A DNA stretch of 32,000 nt, taken from the NCBI GenBank assembly GCA_965224465.1, contig OZ245049.1:960001-992000 (forward strand), written 5' to 3'. Both the position numbers and the translations under genes were made by a program. Below the pieces are notes generated by a model. The model searched no databases. It had not been told where the DNA came from and worked only from the letters and a program-made list of their open reading frames with translations. The stretch is from Flavobacteriaceae bacterium (GTDB taxonomy: Bacteria > Bacteroidota > Bacteroidia > Flavobacteriales > Flavobacteriaceae). Positions 10,754 to 19,089 of this stretch are shown piece by piece; within the stretch, counting starts at the first letter, position 1; every line of letters begins with the position of its first letter.

Positions 10754-11290
10754 ATGCAGAAAAAAATTGTGATTACCGGAGGTCCCGGAACTGGAAAATC
10801 AACCGTAATTGAAGAGTTATGTAGACGGTCGTACACTTGTATGCCAGAAATATCAAGGCAAGTTATCTTAGAAGCAAAGAAAAAAGGCATTGAACAATTG
10901 TTTTTGACCCAACCCTTACTTTTTAGCGAAATGCTTTTAAATGGTAGGATTGAACAATATATAGCTGCCGAAAAATCTACCAAAACTACCGTGTTTTTTG
11001 ACAGAGGAATTCCTGATGTTCATGCGTATATGAATTATGTAAGTGAAAGCTACCCTTCCATCTATAAAGAAAAGAGCCTCCTTCATAATTACGACTATGT
11101 ATTTTTAATGCCACCCTGGAAAACCATTTATGTTACAGACAACGAACGTTACGAAAGTTTTGAACAGTCTTTAGCAATCCATGATCATTTACAACACACT
11201 TACAAAGACCTAGGATATCAGATTATTGAGGTTCCTTTTGGTACAGTATCCGATAGAACTGATTTTATTTTACAACATATCTCATTCTAA
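10754..11290 (+). CDS. P-loop ATPase (AAA_28 / NadR-kinase-like)
   Basis: N-terminal Walker A ITGGPGTGKST. 178 aa. The stop lies 1 nt before the recQ start. Confidence 0.75.
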   Translation: MQKKIVITGGPGTGKSTVIEELCRRSYTCMPEISRQVILEAKKKGIEQLFLTQPLLFSEMLLNGRIEQYIAAEKSTKTTVFFDRGIPDVHAYMNYVSESYPSIYKEKSLLHNYDYVFLMPPWKTIYVTDNERYESFEQSLAIHDHLQHTYKDLGYQIIEVPFGTVSDRTDFILQHISF

Positions 11291-11291
11291 T

Positions 11292-13181
11292 ATGTCTGCC
11301 CTAGCCATCTTAAAAAAATACTGGGCCTACGATACTTTTAGACCACAACAGGCTGAGATTATCCAATCTGTATTGGACAAAAAAGATTGCATTGTATTGC
11401 TACCAACAGGTGGCGGAAAATCCATCTGTTACCAAATACCTGCCTTACTAAACGAAGGAGTATGTTTAGTAATTTCACCATTGATTTCCCTAATGGAAGA
11501 CCAAGTCTTAAATTTAGAACGTAGAGGAATCAAAGCCATTGCACTGAATTCAAAATTTTCTCAAGAAGAAAGTATTACTGCCTTTGACAATCTACAATTT
11601 GGCGGATATAAGTTCTTATACATCGCTCCAGAAAAATTACAGACTCCATTTATTCAAGAAAAAATAAAACAGTTAAATATTTGCCTAATAGCAATCGATG
11701 AAGCACACTGTATTTCACAATGGGGACATGATTTTAGACCTTCTTACTTAGAGTTAAATATTCTTAGAGAACTACAACCCAATATTCCTTTTATTGCATT
11801 AACTGCAACTGCAACCCCTCAAGTACTTGAAGACATCGCTGAACAACTCTCCATGCAGCATGCTCCCCTATTTAAGCAATCTTTTTATAGGTCAAACATA
11901 GCTTACCATGTAATTCATACAGAAAACAACATAGGAAAGTTATTCCAAATTCTAAAAAAGATAAAAGAACCACTCATCATATATTGTAACAGAAGACGCC
12001 TTGTAAAAGACTTACACACGCAAATAACCCATCATAAATACCGAGCTACATACTACCATGGAGGTCTGACTATTTCAGAAAAGGAAGCCTCTTTTAAAAG
12101 CTGGATGGAAGAAAAAACCCCCATTATGATTGCTACCAATTCTTTTGGAATGGGTATAGATAAAGAGAATGTACGCGTTGTAATTCATATAAACACCCCA
12201 GACAGCATAGAAAACTACGTACAAGAATCTGGAAGAGGAGGAAGAGATGGAAGCCAAGCGTACTCTTTTATATTAACAAATACACAAGAACAACTAAATC
12301 AACAGAAATTAATCAACCTAAGCCTTCCAAATATTGAAGAAGTAAAAGACACCTATTTCAAACTGAATCAATACTTCAAGATATCCAATGGAGAACAACC
12401 ACTTAATATCTTCTCCTTTGTTTTGTCTGATTTTTGTAACACCTACAATTTATCATTTCAAAAAACATCACAGTCACTAAAATATTTGGCAGACAATTCT
12501 ATATTGACAATTAGTCAAAGTTTTGGAAAACGATCTTTCCTTTTTTTTAAAGTATCTTCTGAATATTTATTTGACTATATAGATTCCAACCCATCCAAAG
12601 CAACACTTATAAAGCTATTGCTTAGAAACTACGGTGGGATTTTTGAGCACCCTACTTCTATTGACGAAGCATACCTTTCCAAAAAACTATTGCTCACTAG
12701 GGCTGCATTATTAAAAAGTTTACAGGTGTTGCACAGTGATGCTATTATCCACTATAAACAACAGCACAATGTTGCAGAAATCACTTTTTTACAGCCCCGA
12801 GAAGATCAATTTGTGGGATATAAAATGAAACACTTTGTGCAGTTAAAAAACAGCGTAAAACTTCAAAAACTAGAAAACGTATTAAACTATATAAATAATA
12901 AGGAGCAGTGCAGAAATAAAATCATCTTAGAATATTTTAAAGAAAATCCACGTAAAGATTGTGGGAGTTGTGATAATTGTCTCAAAAAGATCAAAAATCC
13001 TATTTCCATTAAAGACCTCAAAAAACAGATTTTACAATTGCTAGAAAAAGGGGAGATTTCCTCTTTTGATATCTCCGAACATTTAAATTGCTCAACAGAG
13101 GTATTGTTAGATAGTATCCAAGAACTCTTAGAAAAAGAAATTATAAAAGTAACTTCGCATAATACTTACCAACTAAACTAA
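11292..13181 (+). CDS. recQ: ATP-dependent DNA helicase RecQ
   Basis: YWAYDTFRPQQAEII, PTGGGKS, DEAHCISQWGHDFRPSY, TATAT, and a Zn-binding Cys cluster (CGSCDNC). Start taken at MSALAILKKYW (ATG 11292), not at the upstream track start. Confidence 0.92.
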   Translation: MSALAILKKYWAYDTFRPQQAEIIQSVLDKKDCIVLLPTGGGKSICYQIPALLNEGVCLVISPLISLMEDQVLNLERRGIKAIALNSKFSQEESITAFDNLQFGGYKFLYIAPEKLQTPFIQEKIKQLNICLIAIDEAHCISQWGHDFRPSYLELNILRELQPNIPFIALTATATPQVLEDIAEQLSMQHAPLFKQSFYRSNIAYHVIHTENNIGKLFQILKKIKEPLIIYCNRRRLVKDLHTQITHHKYRATYYHGGLTISEKEASFKSWMEEKTPIMIATNSFGMGIDKENVRVVIHINTPDSIENYVQESGRGGRDGSQAYSFILTNTQEQLNQQKLINLSLPNIEEVKDTYFKLNQYFKISNGEQPLNIFSFVLSDFCNTYNLSFQKTSQSLKYLADNSILTISQSFGKRSFLFFKVSSEYLFDYIDSNPSKATLIKLLLRNYGGIFEHPTSIDEAYLSKKLLLTRAALLKSLQVLHSDAIIHYKQQHNVAEITFLQPREDQFVGYKMKHFVQLKNSVKLQKLENVLNYINNKEQCRNKIILEYFKENPRKDCGSCDNCLKKIKNPISIKDLKKQILQLLEKGEISSFDISEHLNCSTEVLLDSIQELLEKEIIKVTSHNTYQLN

Positions 13182-13188
13182 ATTATAC

Positions 13189-14133
13189 ATGAACGATATA
13201 CGTATTGTATTTATGGGGACCCCCGATTTTGCTGTGGCCACCTTAAACGAATTAATTACGCAACACTATAATGTAGTAGGTGTAATTACAGCTCCTGACA
13301 AACCTGCAGGTAGGGGTCGGAAAATCAACCAATCAGCAGTTAAAAAATATGCTGTAGAAAAAGGGCTTACTATTTTACAGCCCACCAATCTAAAAAACGA
13401 GGACTTTTTGGCAAACTTAAAGAGTTTGAATGCCAACTTACAAATAATTGTAGCATTTAGAATGCTCCCTAAAGCAGTATGGAACATGCCAGCATACGGA
13501 ACTTTTAATCTACATGCTTCTTTACTCCCAGCATATCGCGGAGCAGCACCTATTAACTGGGCCATTATAAATGGAGAAAACACCACTGGAGTCACCACCT
13601 TTTTCATAGACGACAAAATAGATACTGGAGCTATTATTTTACAAGAAACTGTTGCTATCTCCCCTACTGAAACTGTTGGAGAGCTCCACGATAAATTAAT
13701 GGTAGTGGGATGTAAACTAGTAGCTACTACCGTAGCACAAATACAAAAAGGAAACGTACGTAGCCATATCCAAGCAGATGCAGAAGAAAAACCTGCACCA
13801 AAACTATTTCCTGGGAATTGTAATATAGACTGGAAACAACCAATGGATACCATTTACAATTTAATTAGAGGCTTAAACCCATATCCTGCTGCATGGAGTA
13901 CATTGGAACAAAACGGAACCAAAACTAAGGTTCAATTTTATGATGTAGAAAAACTACCCGCCTCTCATTCTTTAGAAGTAGGAAGTATCCTCACAGATAA
14001 AAAATCCATTAAAATTGCAGTATATAACGGATATATACAAGTAAACGAATTAAAGATTTCAGGAAAAAGAAAAATGGATGCGACCAGTTTGCTAAATGGC
14101 TACAAATTTGAAGAAAACGCGAAGCTGCTTTAA
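13189..14133 (+). CDS. fmt: methionyl-tRNA formyltransferase
   Basis: IVFMGTPDFAV N-terminus, NLHASLLPAYRGAAPINWAIING (SLLP motif), 314 aa. Confidence 0.93.
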   Translation: MNDIRIVFMGTPDFAVATLNELITQHYNVVGVITAPDKPAGRGRKINQSAVKKYAVEKGLTILQPTNLKNEDFLANLKSLNANLQIIVAFRMLPKAVWNMPAYGTFNLHASLLPAYRGAAPINWAIINGENTTGVTTFFIDDKIDTGAIILQETVAISPTETVGELHDKLMVVGCKLVATTVAQIQKGNVRSHIQADAEEKPAPKLFPGNCNIDWKQPMDTIYNLIRGLNPYPAAWSTLEQNGTKTKVQFYDVEKLPASHSLEVGSILTDKKSIKIAVYNGYIQVNELKISGKRKMDATSLLNGYKFEENAKLL

Positions 14134-14237
14134 CCCTTATAAACAAAGGGGTTAGCGATATTTGTTCATTATTTAAGCTAGGTTATCAACAATTATAGCC
14201 ACTTATTAACAAATATGCGCTTTTTTCAGACAAAAAC

Positions 14238-14267
14238 TTGCACAATCCCTTATTCCGTATAACTTTG
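14238..14267 (+). promoter_or_regulatory. Bacteroidota-type promoter for the HU gene (-33 TTG, -7 TAACTTTG)
   Basis: TTG at 14238-14240 and TAACTTTG at 14260-14267 (consensus TAnnTTTG), with a 19-nt spacer, about 55 nt upstream of the ATG. Confidence 0.5.
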
Positions 14268-14322
14268 TTGAGCTTTGAATAAGCAAAGAATGTATAAACC
14301 AAATTAATTTAAAGTTTAAATT

Positions 14323-14595
14323 ATGAACAAATCGGATTTAATTGATGCAATGGCAGCTGATGCAGGCATCTCAAAAGCAGCAGCAAAATTAGCATTAGAA
14401 TCATTAACTGAAAATGTAACCAACACTCTTAAAAAAGGAGACAAAGTTGCATTAGTAGGATGGGGAACTTGGTCAGTATCTAAAAGAGCTGCAAGAACAG
14501 GTAGAAACCCTCAAACAGGAGCTGAAATTAAAATAGCTGCTAAAAATGTTGTTAAGTTTAAAGCTGGTGCTGGATTTAGTAGTGCTGTAAACTAA
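14323..14595 (+). CDS. HU-family DNA-binding protein
   Basis: MNKSDLI...[24 protein letters not shown], the canonical HU/IHF fold sequence. 90 aa. Confidence 0.93.
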   Translation: MNKSDLIDAMAADAGISKAAAKLALESLTENVTNTLKKGDKVALVGWGTWSVSKRAARTGRNPQTGAEIKIAAKNVVKFKAGAGFSSAVN

Positions 14596-14625
14596 TATTT
14601 AAGACATTTTTATCTTACATATGAA

Positions 14626-14657
14626 AAAACTCCCTATTTATGGGGAGTTTTTTTTTT
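14626..14657 (+). terminator. intrinsic terminator after the HU gene
   Basis: aactccc-tatttat-gggagtt hairpin followed by a run of about 10 T. Confidence 0.7.
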
Positions 14658-14693
14658 GCTCTAATAATTTTAGTATATTTATAAAAAAAAGCA

Positions 14694-15254
14694 ATGATTG
14701 TTCTAAATCCAACAAAAGGAAGGCTGCTAGTTGCCGAACCTTCAATTTTAAACGACCGGTCTTTTAATCGATCCGTAATATTCTTAGCTGCTCATAACAA
14801 AACCGAAGGTACCGTAGGTTTTATTATGAATAAACCAACAAGCTACAACATCAAAGATCTAGTTCCTGCTGTAGATTGTCATTTTCCAATTTTTGATGGA
14901 GGTCCTGTAGAAAAAGAAAATTTATACTTTCTTCACAGTGTCCCTCAACTAATTCCTAACAGTATAGAAATAGGAAAAGGAATATACTGGGGAGGAAATT
15001 TTAACGTCCTGGTAGACCTGCTTAATAAAAAAAAGGTCATTAATTCTCAAATACGTTTCTTTCTAGGCTATTCTGGATGGGACATCAATCAATTGGGACA
15101 AGAACTGAAAGAATCTTCGTGGGTAGTAGTCGAAAATAAATATGCAAATATTTTTACTGTAGACAATTCTGTAATATGGAAAAACCACCTCTTAGCCATG
15201 GGAGGCGACTATAAAATATGGGCAAATGCCCCTCAAAACCCTTCTCTTAATTAA
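14694..15254 (+). CDS. YqgE/AlgH family protein (UPF0301)
   Basis: LLVAEP...D..F.RSVI.L..H...G..GFI.NKP, the pattern typical of YqgE/AlgH. 186 aa. Confidence 0.85.
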   Translation: MIVLNPTKGRLLVAEPSILNDRSFNRSVIFLAAHNKTEGTVGFIMNKPTSYNIKDLVPAVDCHFPIFDGGPVEKENLYFLHSVPQLIPNSIEIGKGIYWGGNFNVLVDLLNKKKVINSQIRFFLGYSGWDINQLGQELKESSWVVVENKYANIFTVDNSVIWKNHLLAMGGDYKIWANAPQNPSLN

Positions 15255-16068
15255 GTTTTTGCAATTGAATAGCAAACTCTTTAGCCGTTTGAAACGAATA
15301 CGAACTTTTTCTGTATTTTGTTATAGGCTGTACCCCCACAATGGTATTCGTAATAAAAAGCTCATCTGCCTTTTGTAAATCAAAGGGTGATATTTTCCCT
15401 TCAATCAATGTGTAGTCCTTTGACTTTTCAACCAACTCTATTATTTTTTTTCTGATAATACCCTTAATGCACCCATCAGTCAATGGTGGCGTAGTAATAG
15501 TATTGCCCTTTACTAAAAACAAATTACCATTCACAACTTCAACAACATTTTTGTGATCATTTATCAATATACAGTTATCTAAACCATTCTCTTGACGAAA
15601 AATACTCGCCAATGTATTCAACATTCTATTTGTAGTTTTTAAAGTAGACAATAAATTGGCTTGCACATAATAATCCTTGTAAAGATCAACTTCATACACC
15701 GGTTTAAAAACGATATTCAATTCGGACACCTCTACCACAAAACTAACTTGGTTTGTAGCTGGTGTATACAAACCTCCATCCTTTCTAAAAACAGACAAAC
15801 GCACTCTTGCTGAGCCCATATTTTCGTTAGCTTGTACCGTTTTTAAAACTTCATCTTCTAGGAACTGCATGGTAAACGTCATAGGGATTTCCATACGTAA
15901 CATCCTCATGGAAGCCATTAATCGAAAATAATGGTCTTCTAAAAAAACAACATTCCCATCCAACACTTTCATTGTTTCAAAAACAGCATCACCGTATTTG
16001 AAACCTCTATTATCACGTGTAAAAATTGCAGTTTCTTTTTCTAAGAGTCTTCCATTAAAATTAATCAT
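15247..16068 (-). CDS. class IV aminotransferase family protein (aminodeoxychorismate lyase-like)
   Basis: N-terminal FKYGDAVFET, C-terminal ADELFITNT..GVQPI. Start taken at MINFNGRLL (16068). Confidence 0.8.
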   Translation of the reverse strand: MINFNGRLLEKETAIFTRDNRGFKYGDAVFETMKVLDGNVVFLEDHYFRLMASMRMLRMEIPMTFTMQFLEDEVLKTVQANENMGSARVRLSVFRKDGGLYTPATNQVSFVVEVSELNIVFKPVYEVDLYKDYYVQANLLSTLKTTNRMLNTLASIFRQENGLDNCILINDHKNVVEVVNGNLFLVKGNTITTPPLTDGCIKGIIRKKIIELVEKSKDYTLIEGKISPFDLQKADELFITNTIVGVQPITKYRKSSYSFQTAKEFAIQLQKLN

Positions 16069-16097
16069 CCTTGATAGTTTTAGTCGCAAATGTACAT

Positions 16098-16125
16098 AAA
16101 AAAAGCCTTGAAATAATCAAGGCTT
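16098..16125 (-). terminator. intrinsic terminator for the SRPBCC gene
   Basis: aagccttga-aataa-tcaaggctt hairpin, followed on the minus strand by a T-run (A-run 16098-16104 on plus). Confidence 0.65.
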
Positions 16126-16148
16126 TCTATATAATTTTAACACATTAA

Positions 16149-16535
16149 TTATGCACCAATTGTGTGTTTTAACTCGTCTATTTGATTTTCCCAAAACATT
16201 TTTGACTCCTCTACTTCATCCTCTTCTGCAAAATCCGTGATAATCAACGAAACATCTTTGGTTAGCTCGTCTACTTGAATTCTAAATTCAAAAAAAGATT
16301 TTGAATCATCTTCATCTTCCAACCATCTGAATTTTATTTTTTCATTTGGGCGCTCTTGCAATACTCTCGCTTGTTCTTCTGAACCATCCCAAACAAAGGT
16401 GTAAATATCCCCTCGCAAATTCACATTATCTGCAAACCATTCAGAGAGTCCCGACGGTGTTCCAAAATATTGATATAGCATTTGTGGAGAAGCGTGAATA
16501 GGGAATTCTATTTCGAATTTTACTTTTGTAATCAT
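16149..16535 (-). CDS. START-like / SRPBCC (AHSA1-type) domain protein
   Basis: 128 aa. LYQYFGTPSGLSEWFAD... is typical of Bacteroidota START-like domain proteins. Confidence 0.7.
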   Translation of the reverse strand: MITKVKFEIEFPIHASPQMLYQYFGTPSGLSEWFADNVNLRGDIYTFVWDGSEEQARVLQERPNEKIKFRWLEDEDDSKSFFEFRIQVDELTKDVSLIITDFAEEDEVEESKMFWENQIDELKHTIGA

Positions 16536-16691
16536 ACTTAGTTTTTATAGCGCCAATATATGTATTAAATTGAATTAAACAAAATTAATTCCTTTTAAAA
16601 CAGGAATCTTAACAGTACTTTTAGAAAAACCACTTTTTTTGAGCATTGGAGATCCTAAACTATCTATTAATAAACCTATATTTTGGAATAA

Positions 16692-16852
16692 TACCAACCA
16701 CAATCCAAAATAACAGATATAAATAGCGCATTGTACGTTCTTGTGTTGTTGAAAAACAGAACGACATCTAAAGGTGTCCTTCCATTTTCCGCCTAGCTAA
16801 AACAAATAATAATTCCATCTCTAAACCGTCACTTGAAAATGTATTTGGTATA
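16692..16852 (+). repeat. dispersed intergenic element, copy B
   Basis: ataccaaccacaatccaaaataacagatataaatag...gttgttgaaaaacagaacgacatctaaaggtgtcc...ccgcctagctaaaacaaa...cgtcacttgaaaatgtatttggtat. The hairpin gacatc-taaa-ggtgtc carries compensatory changes relative to copies A and E. Confidence 0.85.
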
Positions 16853-16973
16853 ATTTAAGAAAACCAAAATTTAAACTCACAAATTAGAGAACGCTTAATC
16901 TACATACAATGAAGACATTGTAATTAAGCTTAAAAATTAATTCGCTTTTAATGTAAAAAACTTTCAAAACAAG

Positions 16974-17003
16974 TTGGTAGATCTATATAATTGCCTATAT
17001 TTG
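16974..17003 (+). promoter_or_regulatory. Bacteroidota-type promoter for tRNA-Met (-33 TTG, -7 TATATTTG)
   Basis: TTG at 16974-16976, a 19-nt spacer, and TATATTTG at 16996-17003. The tRNA 5' end lies 13 nt downstream. Confidence 0.55.
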
Positions 17004-17015
17004 CACTCGCAAAAA

Positions 17016-17089
17016 GGCGTGGTAGCTCAGTTGGTTAGAGCGTCGGATTCATAACCCGGAGGTCTGCAGTTCAATTCTGCATCACGCTA
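17016..17089 (+). tRNA. tRNA with CAT anticodon (Met elongator; a lysidine-modified Ile2 cannot be excluded)
   Basis: Hand-folded cloverleaf: acceptor ggcgtgg/tcacgct (two G-U pairs), D arm gctc-agttggtta-gagc, anticodon loop ttCATaa, T arm tgcag-ttcaatt-ctgca. It is not initiator-like (no C1-A72 mismatch, no GGG/CCC in the anticodon stem). No CCA is encoded. Confidence 0.85.
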
Positions 17090-17095
17090 CAAGTA

Positions 17096-17128
17096 AAGCG
17101 ATTTAGGAAACTAAATCGCTTTTTTTTG
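17096..17128 (+). terminator. intrinsic terminator after tRNA-Met
   Basis: aagcgatttag-gaaa-ctaaatcgctt hairpin followed by a T8 run. Confidence 0.75.
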
Positions 17129-17572
17129 TTTAAAATTTAGAGAAATCAACTTCTTAAAAACTGATAAAGGCTGGAGGATATACCAGAGATCAGTTGGACT
17201 GCTGATCATTACTTTTACCGTGAAAATAATTCGAATATATGTATTTCCCTTCTTGTTAATTTAACAGGTCATCCCTCTGGGATTCTTATTCTATTAATTT
17301 TTTATTTGCTACGAACAGTTTGTCCCTCTGGGACTTCTACTTTTACCTGCTACAGAAAAGTAATTTGTTTGTGTTTCATCTTTTATAACATCACTTTTGA
17401 AAGTCGATTTCTGTAATTGAGAAAGCAGGATATATTCTAATAATTGTCTCTTATAATATGCTCCGTAGGTGCAAACTGTTTGTTTTGTTATAATACCTGT
17501 GATATATTTGTGCGATTCATCACTGTTTTATTTATGTATTAGGGTTTGCCTGCCTTTTAACGTAAAAACAAT

Positions 17573-17770
17573 TTGAATGTATATTTGCGTATATGTATTT
17601 GCCTTCTTGTTAATTTAACAGGTCATCCCTCTGGGATTCTTATTCTATTAATTTTTTATTTGCTACGAACAGTTTGTCCCTCTGGGACTTCTACTTTTAC
17701 CTGCTACAGAAAAGTAATTTGTTTGTGTTTCATCTTTTATAACATCACTTTTGAAAGTCGATTTCTGTAA
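17573..17770 (+). CDS. questionable 65-codon TTG-start ORF inside array unit 2 (hydrophobic, Cys-rich)
   Basis: Track ORF. The start codon is TTG, not ATG, and there is no in-frame ATG. It is repeated in units 2-5 only because the DNA is repeated. Confidence 0.15.
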   Translation: MNVYLRICICLLVNLTGHPSGILILLIFYLLRTVCPSGTSTFTCYRKVICLCFIFYNITFESRFL

Positions 17771-17924
17771 TTGAGAAAGCAGGATATATTCTAATAATTG
17801 TCTCTTATAATATGCTCCGTAGGAGCAAACTGTTTTTTTGTTATAATTCCTGTAATATATTTGTGCGATTCATCACGGTTTTGTTTATGTATTAGGGTTT
17901 GCCTGCCTTTTACCCTAAAACAAT

Positions 17925-18122
17925 TTGAATGTATATTTGCATATATGTATTTGCCTTCTTGTTAATTTAACAGGTCATCCCTCTGGGATTCTTATTCTAT
18001 TAATTTTTTATTTGCTACGAACAGTTTGTCCCTCTGGGACTTCTACTTTTACCTGCTACAGAAAAGTAATTTGTTTGTGTTTCATCTTTTATAACATCAC
18101 TTTTGAAAGTCGATTTCTGTAA
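17925..18122 (+). CDS. questionable 65-codon TTG-start ORF inside array unit 3
   Basis: Same as 17573..17770, with one R-to-H difference. Confidence 0.15.
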   Translation: MNVYLHICICLLVNLTGHPSGILILLIFYLLRTVCPSGTSTFTCYRKVICLCFIFYNITFESRFL

Positions 18123-18276
18123 TTGAGAAAGCAGGATATATTCTAATAATTGTCTCTTATAATATGCTCCGTAGGTGCAAACTGTTTTTTTGTTATAATT
18201 CCTGTAATATATTTGTACGATTCATCACGGTTTTGTTTATGTATTAGGGTTTGCCTGCCTTTTACCCTAAAACAAT

Positions 18277-18474
18277 TTGAATGTATATTTGCGTATATGT
18301 ATTTGCCTTCTTGTTAATTTAACAGGTCATCCCTCTGGGATTCTTATTCTATTAATTTTTTATTTGCTACGAACAGTTTGTCCCTCTGGGACTTCTACTT
18401 TTACCTGCTACAGAAAAGTAATTTGTTTGTGTTTCATCTTTTATAACATCACTTTTGAAAGTCGATTTCTGTAA
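18277..18474 (+). CDS. questionable 65-codon TTG-start ORF inside array unit 4
   Basis: Identical protein to 17573..17770. Confidence 0.15.
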   Translation: MNVYLRICICLLVNLTGHPSGILILLIFYLLRTVCPSGTSTFTCYRKVICLCFIFYNITFESRFL

Positions 18475-18629
18475 TTGAGAAAGCAGGATATATTCTAATA
18501 ATTGTCTCTTATAATATGCTCCGTAGGTGCAAACTGTTTTTTTGTTATAATTCCTGTAATATATTTGTGCGATTCATCACGGTTTTGTTTATGTATTAGG
18601 GTTTGCCTGCCTTTTAACGTAAAAACAAT

Positions 18630-18827
18630 TTGAATGTATATTTGCGTATATGTATTTGCCTTCTTGTTAATTTAACAGGTCATCTCTCTGGGATTCTTAT
18701 CCTATTAATTTTTTATTTGCTACGAACGGTTTGTACCTCTGGGACTTCTACTTTTACCTGCTACAGAAAAGTAATTTGTTTGTGTTTCATCTTTTATAAC
18801 ATCACTTTTGTAAGCCATTTTTTGTAA
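18630..18827 (+). CDS. questionable 65-codon TTG-start ORF inside diverged array unit 5
   Basis: The ORF length is preserved despite 9 nt differences: 4 codons changed synonymously and 4 non-synonymously. This is not decisive. Confidence 0.15.
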   Translation: MNVYLRICICLLVNLTGHLSGILILLIFYLLRTVCTSGTSTFTCYRKVICLCFIFYNITFVSHFL

Positions 18828-19089
18828 TTGAGAAAGCAGGTTGTTTTCTAATATTTGTTCGGGTTGTGTGGTCATACTTGCCTCTTATAACATGCTCCGT
18901 AGGAGCAAACTGTTTGTAGCACCATAGGTGCGACCTGTTAATCTATCCATTCAAATAATCATTTTTCCCAAATCCTCACTTAAACACCTATAAATGATGC
19001 GTGTGAAACTTTAGTTATTAATGGACAGTCTTGGCTTTTGTGCTATTAATAATTATAATAATGTAGTTTAGTTTCTGCTTCAAAAGTTT

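Larger units (their letters stand above)
17212..18939. repeat. tandem array of a 352/353-bp unit, about 4.8 copies, nearly identical, function unknown
   Basis: Register markers at 17573, 17925, 18277 and 18630 give periods of 352, 352 and 353. Unit 1 has a 12-nt deletion. Unit 5 has scattered substitutions and a 23-nt insertion (18859-18881). The array ends with an extra hairpin motif at 18919-18939. There are no unique spacers and no frame is open across units. Confidence 0.95.

Noticed and set aside
17212-18939. CRISPR array
   Set aside because: The entire 352-bp unit is repeated with no unique spacers. The unit is about 10 times longer than a repeat-spacer pair, and no cas genes are in the window.
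17212-18939. Repetitive surface or adhesin protein gene
   Set aside because: The period (352/353) is not a multiple of 3. Per the track, no ORF exceeds 65 codons on the plus strand and none reaches 60 codons on the minus strand.
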